Shown: positions 1 to 12,537 of the stretch, piece by piece
How the letters are laid out: each line of letters begins with the position of its first letter
Position numbering within the stretch: the stretch's first letter is position 1
From: Cyanophora paradoxa CCMP329
Lineage: Eukaryota; Plantae; Glaucophyta
Direction of reading: 5' to 3'
Assembly: GCA_004431415.1 (NCBI GenBank)
Contig: QPMI01000150.1
Coordinates: 124,001 to 188,000, forward strand
Length of the DNA stretch: 64,000 nucleotides
Translations under genes and position numbers: made by a program
The notes under the pieces: generated by a model
What the model was told of the DNA's origin: nothing
Databases searched by the model: none
What the model saw: the letters and a program-made list of their open reading frames with translations, nothing else

Positions 1-181
1 TCCTCATGCTGCCCCCCGAGGTGCGCCGGCTCGGCCCGCCCCGCCCTCCCTTCCCCCCGAGACCGCGCGGGCTGAGGCGGGGGCCGGGGCCCCGGGCGCG
101 CAGGTGATCGAGGCGACGGAGAGCATCAAGACGCACCTCGCGCGCCTCATGGCCGCCATCGCCCGCGCCGACGGCCCCTGA
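1..181 (+). CDS. 3' end of an unknown gene (partial; last two exons, ...LMLPPE|VIEATESIKTHLARLMAAIARADGP*)
   Basis: GTGCGC donor at 21, CTGAG branch-like motif, CAG acceptor at 103; in-frame exon ends at TGA 179-181. Confidence 0.6.
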   Translation, partial: PHAAPRGAPARPAPPSLPPETARAEAGAGAPGAQVIEATESIKTHLARLMAAIARADGP

Positions 182-1225
182 CCGCCCCGGCGCCCTCCAC
201 GCCCCCCGGGCTCAGCGGCTGCCTCGCCGGGCGCTGCTGCATTATGGGACGAGTGCCCAAGGGGTATATATCCAGTAGTTTACGATTGTTGTGATTAGTC
301 CCGCAATCGGCGAGTTTCAAACTTCACGTTACTCTAGAGATTTCAACTGCAGTTTCCGCTTCGCTTAGACTTGCATTTGTTTCGTATCTTGGCTTCGTGT
401 GCCCCGCTCCAACGTCCTTGTTGTCTGCTTTGCTCCGAGGCTCCAGTCTCTTGTATTATTCGCAGTACCATTGTCGGTGTGAACGAGGTGCCCGCGGCCG
501 CTACTTGTCGGCTTGACTTGGTAAGCCGCAGTGCTCAGCGGCTCCAGTTTGATATTCGTGGTATCTTTATTTGCTTCAGCAGCTGGCCGCCCTAGTATGC
601 ATCTTTGGCCCAGCTCTCTAGTTAAATTATTGAATATCTGGCCATGGCCAAGGACTTCCAAGTTTTTGGCCTCCGAGCTCGAGCGCTAGCTCGTGTTTTC
701 TATTGTTTAATTTCGCAATGAGCCTGGCCGAGCCTGGCAGTGGCAGCCTATATAGCTTGGCCTGGTGTATCATAGTATGGTTGCTAGCGATTAGCCGGGC
801 ACGTGCATGTGTGTTCTGACGTCTCGCCCTCTCAGAGTGTCTGGGCAGCCTGGAAGAGGCTCGCTCGCAGTCTTATATATATATATATAAAATTAGCTTT
901 CAGTAGCTATAATCATGTGATCATGTGTGATCGTGTGATCATGATAAATGCATATATAGGCTCGTCATGATCATAACCACGTCAACGCCCGCGCCCGGCC
1001 CCTTTTTAAACTTGCATGCACCTCTCCGAGTCGAGCTCCGACTCGATTTCAGTGAGCCGAGCTGCCTCACGACGCCTCCCTCCTAGAGCTCCGACCCTAG
1101 CCACGAGTCCGACGGTCCGCCGAGATCCCGGAGTTCAAGAAGCTTTGAGATCGTCGAATCGGGATTCCGCTCTTCATTCTTTTGATAGAAAACATAAAAC
1201 GGGGCATGCAAAGCTAAAACCGGAT

Positions 1226-3157
1226 CTAGGGTACATTGGAAAGGTAAAGCAATCTGTGCACAGCCGCGCCCCTGCCCCTACCGGGCGACGAGGAGGGCGT
1301 ACCCGTACTGGGGGTCGAAGGCGGCCTCGCGGGCGGCGGAGAGGGGCGCGCTCGCCGCGGAGAGCGCCTCCACCTCGGGCCAGGCGAGCCGCCGGCAGCG
1401 CACCTCCAGCCGCCGCAGCGCGGGGGCGTACACGTCGAGCCGCGGGGGGTACACCTCGTCCCCGTGCACCCCGAAGAAGGGGTAGAGGAGGCGGAGCTCG
1501 CGAAGGCCGGGGCAGCGGAGGAGGACGGTGAGGCGGACCCCCGAGGAGCGGATCTCCGACTCGACCGAGAGCTGAGGGGGTACACGCGCGTCAGCACGCG
1601 GGGCCCGGCGACGCGACGAAGCGCTGCGGGGAAAGTGGGAAGGGGAAAGCGGGACGGCCGGGCGCAAGCTCAGGACCCCATTCTGATCACTCTGATAGTC
1701 AGACGGCACTTCCTTTTTATTGAGGTATGGTTCATCAGGACAGGCGCGGCCGGCGCGGAACGAGAAGCAAGAAACAAAGAAAGGAAAGAAGGAACGGGGC
1801 GGGGGCAGGCGCACGGAGCGGAGGCGGTCGCAGTTCTCGACGGAGAGGCAGCGGAGGCTGGCGCCCTCGAGGGCCACCTCCTCCAGCCGCCCGCAGTCCT
1901 GCAGCCGCGGGTCGCACAGCGAGCCGCACCTGCGCGCCGCGGAGGCGTCGGCGCCGGCGACGGGGCGCGCGGACTTTGCGGGGGAAGGGGGCGGGGCGCA
2001 CGCCGACATGCGGAGGCGGCGGAGGAGGGGGCACTCGCGCAGGACGAGGGCGAGGGTCGTGTCGCGCGCGTCGCTGGGCGAGAGGTCGATCTCCTGCAGC
2101 GCCGGCATCCTCAGGCAGAGCCCCTCGAAGAAGCCCGCCGACGCCGCCCTGGTGAGAAGCCGGGCCGTCAGCGGCGCGCGGCACGGGCGGAAGAGGGCGG
2201 CGCGCGCTGCGGACCGAGGCCAGTGGCGGGAGTGGGAGACGGCGAGGCGAGTGACGTGGGGCATGGCGGGAAGGCCGGCGACGGCGTGGCCGGAGAGGTG
2301 CAGGGAGCGGAGGGTGAGCGAGGAGAGGGAGACCATCGACTGGAGTCCCGCGCAGAAGGAGCGCAGCCGCTCCGGGATCGCGAACTCGGGGAAGCCGTAG
2401 TGCGGGTCGCTCCCGATCTCGAGCGACGTCACGCTCTCCGCCGCCCGCGTCCCCGCTGCGTCCCGCCCCGCGTCAGGAAGGAACAGAGCCGATGGGGCGG
2501 GCGCAAAGGGCGCACCGAGGACGGAGAAGAGCGGGAGCCAGTCGAGGACGGAGACGGGGTGGTGCTCCAGGGGCGAGCGGTTGCAGCGGATGGCGACCTC
2601 GCGCAGCTCAGGCGTTCCGTTCCACAGCTGACGCAGCTTCTCGAAGTGGTGGCCGTGCAGGCCCTCCGAGAAGCGGAGCTCAAAGGAGTTCGCCTGCGCG
2701 ATCGCGTCGGCCCACGCACGCTCGCGACCGGATTGCGGGAGGCGGACCTTGGAGGCGGCGCGAAGGACATCCGGTGTGACCGAGCTGGTCGCAGGGAGCG
2801 CCTTGCACGGCTGGCAGACGGAAATGTGCCTGATCGCGCCGTCGTGCAGCCGCTGGGACGCGTCGTGCAGGGCGTGCAGATTGAAGCGGGGCGAGAGCTC
2901 GACGTGTCGCCATATCTCGGGCGCGTACCTGGCCAGCGAGCATCAGGCGCCTTGGCCCACGCACGTTCGACGCGATCGGACGGACGCGATCGAACGGTGA
3001 AAAGCGCAGATTTGTGCGAGGCGGAAGTGCTTGTCCTGCGAAAAGTTCGGTGAGCAACAACCGCGGGATCGCGCCATCGCGGCCGGCGGACCTCGCAGGG
3101 AAGGCGGGCGAAGATCAGGTCGGCGACATCGCCCGGCAGATCGACGAGGCCAGGCAT
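1226..3157 (-). CDS. F-box / leucine-rich-repeat protein (multi-exon)
   Basis: N-terminal F-box-like MPGLVDLPGDVADLIFARLP (ATG 3157). Downstream exons carry LRR-type LxxLxL repeats (MPALQEIDLS, CPLLRRLRMS, CGRLEEVALE, CPGLRELRL). Frame of the last exon is uncertain. Confidence 0.75.
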
Positions 3158-3285
3158 CGCCGCTCCTCCCTGCGCCCTCGACTCGCGCCGAACACGCGCG
3201 CAACCGCGCGGGCGCGCGTAACCGCGCGGGCGCGCGGTTGCGAGGGACCCATTTTGCTTTATGACAGTGTACCCAGCACGAAAAG
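3158..3285. promoter_or_regulatory. Putative 128-bp bidirectional promoter between the F-box gene and TMA16
   Basis: Head-to-head ATGs at 3157(-) and 3286(+). Contains a 17-bp tandem duplication AACCGCGCGGGCGCGCG (3202-3218, 3220-3236) and a 10-bp inverted repeat (3201-3210 / 3231-3240). Confidence 0.5.
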
Positions 3286-4307
3286 ATGCCGAAGGCGGAC
3301 AAGAAGGCCGAGAAGAAGAAGGAGGAAAAGCCGATACACCCGAAGAGCCGGAAAGCGTGCGCGACGCGGCTCCACTTTGCCCCGACCGCGCAAGCCCATC
3401 GAGATCGCCCGCCGGCGGCCGCCGCGCAGGGATCAGCTCGTACGCGCGAAGCACAGAGAAGATGGGAAGCTTAAGCGCGCAAAGATCCTCAACAAGAAGC
3501 AGGCGGCCCTCGGTAGCTAGCGCTCGCACTGCGCAGCGCCGAGCGCCAGTCCACGCCGCCCCCGCAGTGGAAAAGCTGGAGTGGTTCAAGGAACGCATTC
3601 AGACGAGCAACAAGCTGCAGTACTCGACGCTGGACACCTGCACCATGATCCACGAGTGAGCGCCGCGCGGCCGGTCGTTGCACGGCGCTGAGGCCGGGGG
3701 GCGACGCCGCTGCAGCTTCATCCACCGCTTCGATGCGGATCTGGAGCAACTGCGGGCAGAGAAGTCGAAGCAGACGCGCGTGGACATTCTCGAGGAGCTC
3801 ATGCGGCGGGAGCAAACGCTCTTCACCTCGGGATACCGTGCGCCTCGAAGCTGCCCCCGGCTGCTGCTCTCTCCCGCGCTGTCGCTGCCGCTGACGGGAC
3901 GCGCGCAGCCGCGCCCGACCTCTCCATACACCGCAACGTGAAGCGCCTGAGGTGCGCGGGGCGCCGGCTCGAGCTCTCCGCGCCGCCGCCGCCGAGCGCG
4001 CCGCCGCAGGGAGTGGGACGGGGAGGCGAACACGGCGTGCAACATTGCAATGAAGGAGTACAAAGACCCGGGGCCAGACGCCATCGCGCGGGCGAAGCAG
4101 GCGAGCCCGCCGGCCCCCGCCCCAAGCGTCGACGTTGCTGCCAGTCCGCCCTCTCCTTACAGCTCCGATCCGTGCGTGTACGCGCAGGCCGCGGCAGGAA
4201 TGGAGACGGACGAGCCGGCGGCGGCGGCGGCGGCGGACGGCGCGCAGGCGGCGGCAGCGTTCGCGGTGGAGACGGCGATAGCGGGCGCCGTGGCCGCGCA
4301 CAGTTAG
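3286..4307 (+). CDS. TMA16: Translation machinery-associated protein 16 (60S biogenesis factor), multi-exon
   Basis: Spliced product has IHPKSRKA, EKLEWFKERI, FIHRFDADLEQL, PDLS..NVKRLREWD. These match recalled TMA16 motifs (IHPYSRKA, EKLQWF, YLNRFSSELEQI, PDI...NLKTFREWD). Confidence 0.85.
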
Positions 4308-4372
4308 CTAGCGCTTCTGTTTAATTTTGACATCCACATGCGCTGCCTAGAGCAGCGGGCGCGAGGGCCGGT

Positions 4373-4740
4373 TCAGGGCTGCCCGAGGCGGCTCCGCTTC
4401 GAAGGGTTCCCCTCGTCGGCGTCCGCCATGTCCTCGTCTGGTCGCCGCGGCCGCTCCAGGTTCACGTCGAACGCCATTTTCTGCGGGCGGGAAGCTTCGC
4501 GTCAGCGCCACGTGCGCGCCTGGCCGCGGGGAGCAGCGCGCGGCGTGCCTGGAACTGCCGGAGCAGCAGGTTCGTCTTCTCGCTGCTGATCACCGCCGGC
4601 TCGGGCTGCCCCGGCTGCTGGCACGGCACGTAGAGCGGCACGGGCTTCGCCCCGCTCCGCGGCTGCAGCGGCTCGGGGCTGGAGCGGACCGAAAGGAACG
4701 CCCCCGTCGACCTCGTGGGGAGGCCCGCTAGGAACGACAT
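4373..4740 (-). CDS. DDA1: DET1- and DDB1-associated protein 1 (CRL4 component); one GC-AG intron
   Basis: MSFLAGLPTRSTGAF...PLYVP...VISSEKTNLLLRQF matches recalled DDA1 (FLKGLP..N..NF; PSVYLP; IIVTEKTNILLRYL). Exon 2 is KMAFDV...KRSRLGQP*. Confidence 0.85.
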
Positions 4741-5278
4741 CGCTGAGGCGCGTGTGGCGCGCGCGCTCCGCCTCCTACGCGTGCGCTGCGGCCCGAGGCC
4801 AAAGTCAGGGGGAGCTCGGGGGCGGTCGTGGCGCGTGGCCTGCACCTGCAGATGCGAGGCACGTTCTCCGGCACCCGATCTCACGCTCAGATTCGACTTC
4901 GCCGTGGCGATACAGCGCCGAGGGGCGCGCAGGGCCGCGCTGGCTCTGCAGGGTGCGCTTCTGAGCGAAGTGCGCCCCGCCAGCAGTAGACGTGCTCCAG
5001 TGGCAATTGCTCGGTCTGCAAATGCTACGTGTGAAGATAAAAATTGCTGGAGGGAACGCCGCCGTGCGCCACGGCGCCTTACCCGTTCTCCCCTTGCTTG
5101 CGCGATGCGGCGGTTCGCAAGCACGCTCGGGGCACTCTGGGACGAGAACGGCTGTCTGGCGAGGACGCCGCGTGCACGCCGGACTACACGGGCTCGCGCG
5201 GGGTTGCGGACTTGCGCACCAAAGCTGGCGTCCTGATCGGTCGGGGCGGCGCTCTATATAGCTACAGAACGCTCACAG

Positions 5279-6057
5279 GTTCAAAAAAGGCGCCGTCGAG
5301 TCGCCGATCCGCGCCGATGTCGAAGATCCAGCGTACCCCCCAGTTTTGAACGGCGAGCCGAGATCGGACAATGCAGGCGGAGGCGGGGCCCAGCAGCAGC
5401 AGCACGGCGTCGACCATGCGCCGAGCAGTCCACATTTGCGAAGCAGTACTCCAGGAGCTGCAGGAAAAGGCATCCGCCTCGCCGGTTCCAGAGCAGGACC
5501 GGCGACTGGAGGAGGAGTATCAAGCCATGCTACAGATGTGCATGCAGACGAAAGGCTGCCTGGTGGAGGAGGACGCGCGGGCGCGGGGCGATGAGCAGCT
5601 TTGCCGCCACATCGAGCAGCTGGAGGAGAAGCGGCGGCACCTGCGGACGCTCCTGCAGCAGTACGAGAGCGAGGAGAACGCGTGGCATGCAGCAGCAGCG
5701 CAGCTAGAAAACCTGGAGTTTCCCGACCCGCAGCCTTTGTCGGCCGAGGAGGCGTGTGCCAGCCTGACGCCGGAGGAGCGTGCCTTCATCAGCGACAGCG
5801 CCGTGAAGAGGCTCGTGAACGGGGCCTCCCAGACGCAGCTGGCGCTGGAGCTGCAGCTCGATCAGCTGATGATGGCGGCAAAGAACTTCGAGCGGGTCCG
5901 CTGCAAAGCGGACAAGTATCTCGACGCGGCGGCCAAGGCGATCAACGAGCGCGCGTTCGCGCACATGCCGCACATCGACGACCCGCGGGCGATGATCCGG
6001 GGCATGCTCGGCCGCGCCGCCCCGGCCAGCGGCGGCCCCGGCGCCGTTTCAGTTTAG
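5279..6057 (+). CDS. DSN1: Kinetochore Mis12-complex subunit DSN1/Mis13-like protein (5' end unresolved)
   Basis: Coiled coil ending in E-x-x-x-W (YESEENAW), then LELQLDQL and a C-terminal DPRAMIR motif, collinear with the recalled DSN1 C-terminus. An upstream exon (5279-5332) gives a basic ...RRCRRSS Aurora-B-type motif via a 44-nt intron (5333-5376). Confidence 0.65.
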
Positions 6058-6525
6058 GCTGGCCCCGCCGTCCCCGCATCTCCTTCCTACCGCCCTCTCC
6101 GCCTCCTTCCGTAACGCCGTCGCGGCGAGACGCGTGTCGTTATCCGCCTTCCCCAGCCCGCAACTCTCCTGCCCGCGCTTCTGCCTTCCATCTCCTTGAA
6201 ACCTGTAGCTGCTCGTTGGATGTTTTCTAGCATAGCTCTCCAACTCGGCATTTGTTGGTGCTCCTTCCTAGCCCTTTTGTCGTAATGATTGTCTCTTGAA
6301 TCGCTTCACTTTCGAATTCGCGAACCTCCCGACTAGCTGCTGGCCACCCAGGTTTGGAGGTGCACGGGGCTCGAGAGAAATGGTGAACGTTTCTGGTATC
6401 GACATGCATGGCTAGTGCAAACTAGAATACATAAATGAGGCCCGCTCTGCTGCGGGCCGGTTCGGGTGATCATGAAATCCTACAAGGCTAGCGCTAAAGA
6501 TCGCTCAGGCGCTGGATCGATGCGC

Positions 6526-9331
6526 CTAGCGCGGGAGCACGTTGCGCTGGGCCTCGAACGGCGTCTTGAAGTACTTCAGATAGAAGTGGTAGAAGCCCGC
6601 GGCGACCCTGGGGTGGGGCGGGGTACAGGCGCGTCAGGGGGTACGTGGGTCAGGGTCGAGGTCCGGGGGCGCGGACCAGCCGATGCCGAAGAGGACGCAG
6701 AGGACGATGCCGAAGATCGAGGCTGCGGGGGCGGCTCGGGCGGGGGGTACGGGGGAGGGGCAAAGGGGGGTACGCACGTCCGGGGAGGCTCTCGACGCGC
6801 TGGACGAGGCTGGGGACGGGGGTCGGGGCGGGGATGGCGGAGGGGGTGGGGGTGGCCGAGGGGGTCGGGGAGGGCGTCGGGGTGGGCAGCGGCGTGGCGC
6901 CGATGCGGATGAGCGTCGCCGTGGCTGTGAAGGTCGAGTTGACGTTGGTTTCCGGGACCATGCGGCCAAGCAGGCTCTGGTCCCGCAGGATGGCCGGCCG
7001 CCGCGCGCTCGCGGCGCTGCACGCCGGCTTGGCGACCGGGGCGGTGCAGGAGCCCTCCGCGTTCGTGAAGGTCAGCTTCATCGCGTACTGGAAGCGGTCC
7101 TGGAACTGCGGCCGGGGCGGGGGGCGCTCAAACGCAAAGAAGCGGGAAGGGCTCCGGGCCGCGGCGCCGCGGCGGACCTCGGCGCGCATGCAGACGGGGA
7201 GGTGGTCGGCGTTTCGCTCGCGCTCGCCGGCGCGGTCGTCCGCAACGCACTTCACGAGCGATCCCTCGAAGCTCTCCAGCATGCTGCGCGCGCCGGCGGG
7301 CGGGCGCGCGGGTCAGGCCCTGGCGCCGGGTGCAGCGTTCCGTTCCGCGCACCAGGTGTAGTTGACGGCGGAGCCGACGCTGAGGGTGAGCATGACCGAC
7401 GAGGCGGACCCTGCGGCGGGCCCCGCGGTGAAGTTGAGGGTCACGTTGTACTGGTCCGGCGCCTTCGTGCACTCCGCCACCGGCGACGAGAGGTTCGCGT
7501 TCGTCGGGTCCGTCCAGCCGCTGTACCCGACCCCGGGCGCCGCGTAGATCACCTGCAGCAGGCGTGAGTGGTCTCGTTTATGCGCGACGGGCGGCGGCGG
7601 CGCACGTTGCTGCCCTTGGGCGTGACAGGCGTCGTCACCTCAGCGCGCAGCATCGCGGCCGAGGGCGTATCGATGTCGATGGCCCGGAGCGCTGCGGCGG
7701 CGGCGGCGGCACGTGAGTGGGCGGCGATCCGAGCAGGGGAAGTGAGAGAACGGCGGGTCGCGCACTCAGCCAGTACTCGTTGCTGCCCGGGAGCATCGCG
7801 GGGACGACGAAGTCGAACGTGCCGTTGCTCGGCGGCGCCTGCTGGTCCGGGTTGTCGTCGATCGCCGGGCGGCTCGCCGGGTCAAAGTCAAACTGCTTCC
7901 CCTCGCTGATCGTGGCCTGCGGGGCGTAAGCAGCGACCGGAGGGGGCGAGGGGTACGGGTCGGGAGGCGCACGTCGACGGCGAGCTTGTCGATGATGGAG
8001 AGGATGCTGGAGCCGTTGGCGGCGCGGAGGCGCTGGAAGAAGCCGTGCAGGTCGTAGAACCCTGCGCCGCACTCCGTTGGGCTCGGGCGCGCGGGGGCGG
8101 GTGCGGGCGGGGCGGCGGGCGCACGAGCGGAGATGGGGGAGGTCACGATCGGGTAGCCGATGGAGAAGGAAACGGAGCGCTGCTCGCCCGTAGTCCAGAA
8201 CTCGGGGAGGTCAAAGGTCGTCGCGCTGCCCCAGAACTGCCGCGGCGCGTGAGCGCGGCTCGAGCACAGGCCGGGGCCGCGGGCGGATCGGAGCCGGCCG
8301 GCACCTGCTCCAGGATGTGCTTGACGGAAGAGTTGGAGGAGGTGATAGCTAGCTGGCCGTTCAGCACGGGCAGGAAAGTCTGGGCGAAGTTCGACGGGCT
8401 CTGGAACTGCGGCACGCGGCCCGCGAAGATCATGTAGCCGTAGACCTGCAGGGAAAAGCTCAGACGCGGTGCGAGCCGAGGCGAGAGCGGGCGGCGCGCG
8501 GCGCGCCTGTCTCGGGATCACAAGGGTTGAAGTCCCGAATTTAGCCGTGACAACGAGAGTCACGAAACCCCTGCAGAGGCGATAGAGATAAGAGCTTTCT
8601 ATTATTGAAATCCGCGAGGACGAGAAGCAGATGCCGCGCACATTGATTCCGAAGTCATCGACTCCGGGGTCGGAATCCTGGGCGGGGGCAGCGCGCGTTC
8701 GGCCATTGCTGACGATAGGCGGGGCGGATGCAGCGGATGCGCGGAAATTACCATGTGTACGAGCAGGTGGACATAGTGGGGTACATAGACGGCGTGAGGC
8801 GCGAGGAGCACGAAAGCTGCGGCAGCGTCAGGCGAGGGACGTGGCGTGCCGCAGCGACGGCGCACCCCCGAGACGATTGTATTTATGCTCGCAGAGTGTA
8901 CGCCATCATCTTGCACTGACGCCTGCGCAGGCGCCATCTGCTTGAGAAAGCTGGGGAGGCAGGACGGACAAGCGCGAACGCACGGGCTGGAACCAGTGGT
9001 AGGTGCCAATATCGAAGGTCATCCTGTCGCACCTAGTGGCCGCCTGCCACGTGATGGTGCAGTTCTGGCCCACTGCGGGCGCGTCAGACGCTTGGCTGAT
9101 TGAGGGAGGAGCGCATGTGCGTAGAGTTCCTCGAGCATACCGACGCAGACTAGGTTCTGCTTGAAGTCGGTAGATGGGCTGACGATCTGCACCTGCGTCT
9201 TCTCTGCGCGCGGAGCGCGTAAATTCGGGCGCTGCGGAAGGAGGCCCAAGGGACGCACCGAAGCAATTCTGCGCGCTGGCGGCAGCGAGCCAACACGCTA
9301 GCAGGACGAACACTGCGATATGCCTCGCCAT
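6526..9331 (-). CDS. Unknown type I membrane glycoprotein (signal peptide, large ectodomain, Pro/Thr stalk, TM, short tail)
   Basis: Signal peptide MARHIAVFVLLACWLAAASAQ; many exons; PTPTPSPTPSATPTP stalk; spliced TM IFGIVLCVLFGIGWVAAGFYHFYL; tail KYFKTPFEAQRNVLPR* (stop 6526-6528). Confidence 0.7.
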
Positions 9332-10007
9332 CTTTCCGAGCGTTCCTGCAAATCGGAGATCGAATGTGAGTTCGCGCGCTGCCCGCGCGAATGGCCCCGC
9401 CAGCGCTGGATATCGGTCGCTCGCCGGACGGTAACACTATCTCGCGGCGAGGTTACATCCTAGATTCGGAGGCGGCTCGCGGGCGGCGCCAAAATCGCTG
9501 AACTTTCGGGCCCGTCGACCCGCGGCCGGACGCCTCAGAAGCGTGCTAGCTAGCTAGCGAAACGCTTAAAGAGATGGCACCTAGCTCGAACGCTTTCCGC
9601 GCCTCCGCCAAGCGGGTACAGCAGCGCAGGACTGGGTTGGTGTACCCAGGTCTGAGCTTGGGGTAAACGAAGTCAAGACGATGTGATAACCTTCCGGATG
9701 TTGGCAGGCTGCCGGGCAAAAGGAGCTCGAGCTAGCGGAAACTCGGACGACGCGACGAAGCTCATTCGGTGCAGGCAGCGTTCCGAAGTTCGCCTTCAGC
9801 GCTCTAGGACGCTGTTGGCCGCCCGCAGCCTAGCCCTTGGCCGCCCGCGCCGTTCTATCAGCATTCGGCGGCACTTTGGCCAATTAATCGCCACTGGTCG
9901 CAGCCAGCCGCGCGCGCTCTCCGGTTGCGCGCCGGCTCACGCTAAAAGCCGCGCATGCGCAGCGGTCCTCGGAGTATTAGAAGACCTGCGCGAGCGACGC
10001 GATTTCG

Positions 10008-10955
10008 ATGTTCGCATCGGGGACGGCGGAGATCCGCCTTGAGAAGCCGCCGGGGCGGCCCTTCTTCGGCGGCGAGACGGTCACCGGTTCCATCTGCCTG
10101 AACATGACAGACGCGCGCCCCGCCCCGCCCAATACTAGTGCCAGCCCGCCCTGCAAGTGGCGACGTCCGAACGGCGCCCCTCGCAGCGGGCCCCCGCGCA
10201 GCGCCTTGTCCTCATGTTCACGGGCGTCGAGAAGGTGCGCTGCGCATGCCCGGCCGCCCGCGGCGCCCCGCGAGCGCGCGACTGGAGCCGCCCGCGCCGG
10301 CCCGGCCCGACACTGCCGCGACCAGTGCGAGTGGTGGCGAACGAGAAGCGACAACGGCAAGACTGTCACGGATCACTACTGGTCTGGGTCCCCGCTCGCC
10401 CGTACCCGGGGCCTCGAAACGATGCGACTCTGATTCCCCGGCAGGAACAAGAAGAAATTCCTCGAGAACCAGATGGTCATAGCCGAGTACCCCGCCGGCC
10501 TCGAGCGCGGTGCGCCTATGTACCTCACCGAAACCGAGTTGTACCCCCTAACGCCCCCCTCCCCCCCCTCCTCACCCCCAAGGCGTGCTCAACTACCCCT
10601 TCTCGGTCGTCTTGCCACCGAACGTCCCGTCAACGTACCTCTCTCCCCCTCTCCGCCCCGTTAATCCCCCTTCTTCCTCCCCCTCATCGCGGCCGCACGC
10701 TGTACCCGCACGCGCCTCATCCCAGGACCCACAAAAGCGGCACTCTGTCTTGGAAAGCGGACGTGAAGTACAAGCTGAAGGTCTGCCGCTCCGGATCCCC
10801 ACGCGCCCCGTACCCCTCGTCGGGCATATCGTACCCCAGGCGCTGGTCGAGGTGCAGGGCGCCTTGAAGCCGAATCTGCGCGCCAAGCTCGAGGTCCCCG
10901 TCGTGGAGGCGCGCCCTGTACCCCCATCCCCGAAGCCCGTACCCTCCTCTTGACG

Positions 10956-10986
<31 letters not shown>

Positions 10987-12108
10987 TTTGCGCAGCGGTT
11001 GCTGGACCCCCGCGTCCTTCAGACCCCCACTCAGACGGAGGAGGAGGCTCGCCCGGGTCCCTCTCTGTCCTGTACCCCCGCCCCCGTGATCGGTACCCCC
11101 AGAAAACCATCCGGTTCGCGGGCATGTTCTCCCGCGGCTCCGTCAACATGAAGGTGGCGTACCCCGCCAACCCCCCCCCCCCCCACGGCCGGCCCCCTGC
11201 GCCTTGCGAGCCCCCCGCAGCTCTTCACCCCCGGATGGCGTACTTCCCGGCGAGGTCATCCAGGTGCGCGCGAACAGCGTACCCCCCCCTCTTCCCCCCC
11301 CCCCCCGCCGCCCCAAGGCTCATCTCCGACCCCGACCCCGAAGGTCCGCATCGTCGTCGACAACAAGGCCCGCCCGCACGCCGCCTCCCCCTTCCACCCC
11401 ACACACGCTCCACTCACGTACCCCCAGAGCTCGGCCACCATCAAGGGCCTGCGGATCAAATTCTGCGGCCACATCGACCTCTGGACCAAAGGGCTCTTCG
11501 GCGGCCGCGAGACCAAAGAGTGCGCGCCCCTCTCGATCTCCATCTCCGTACCCCTTACGGGCGCGCAGCGACTCGTGGACCCTCTCTGTGCACGACGTTC
11601 CCAAAGAGCAGGTACCCCCGACCCGGTCGGCGCCGACGGCCCGAAGGGAAAGCTGGTGCAGAAATTCTGTACCCCGCAGGTGCAGATGGAGAAGGAGTCG
11701 CGGGAGTTCAACTTCTCCATCCTCGTGCCCCCGGGGACCGAGGCAAGGGCCCCGCTCCCCGGCCGCCCGCCCCCGGCCCGCCGGCCCCTCACCCCCCGCG
11801 GCAGCCGAGCGTCAACGGGGATTGCGTCAAGGTGCCGACCCCGCCCCCCTGCGCTCTGGCCCGCCGCGGCTCCTCGCGAAAGCTAAACGCCTTACCCCCT
11901 CTCGTGCAGCTCTGGTACGGGGTGAAGGTCGCTGTGGACGGCGGCACGATGTGCCCCGACGTGAAGGGTGCGCAAGCGCCTCGACTAGCTATAGCTTTCG
12001 CCGCGGCGCCGCGGCCGGCGCCCGCGGCGCCCCCTCATGCGCATGCTCATGATCACCGCGGGGGCGGCAGCGAGCCTCCAGGTCATCGTCGTCCCCCCGC
12101 AGCAGTAG
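10008..12108 (+). CDS. Alpha-arrestin (Arrestin_N/Arrestin_C domain protein), multi-exon
   Basis: FFGGETVTGSICLN, LVLMFTGVEK, YPFSVVLPPNVPST, VKYKLKALVEV, YFPGEVIQV..VDN, WYGVKVAVD; ends SLQVIVVPPQQ*. Confidence 0.85.
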
Positions 12109-12537
12109 CTACAGGCCGCCGGCGCCTCAACCGGTCCGGTACGCGCCGTGACCGGGGCCAAATGCAACTAAATAGCTAGCCCGTACTTCCGAGTTCAGAA
12201 AGTTGAAATCAAGGAGCCTGGGCTGGGGCCCTCCGAACGCCATCTCGAAACTTTGACGGGCGGGCCTCTAAATGCTTGGGCGGGACTCCGGGAAGTCAAC
12301 GCGTACGTCAGGCCTGAGCCGCGCTGCGCGCGTGCGCTAGCGCTAGCTACTAGGCTACAGCTCGACTAGCTACAGTTCCGGCGCGCGCAGGACGAACAAT
12401 CAACGTATTTTCATATGCATGAGACGTCGACGGCGACATCGATGCGCGCCGGGATCAAATTCGCCAGCTCGCGAGCGTGTACCCCCCATAAGAGCCAGCT
12501 GCCAGCGCAACACGACCCACGACCCTCGCTAATTGGC

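Noticed and set aside
296-345. Similarity to 43555-43600 (TTAGTCCC...GTTCAA.CT...GTTA)
   Set aside because: Too short and gapped to distinguish from chance without computation.
365-661. Small protein gene in the AT-richer stretch
   Set aside because: Non-ATG start, no recognisable motifs, atypical codon usage; more likely decayed repeat or intergenic DNA.
10956-10983. Long homopolymer runs (28 C here; G-run near 33054-33077) as functional elements
   Set aside because: They are extremes of the general C-rich intron composition, and homopolymer lengths are unreliable in assemblies.
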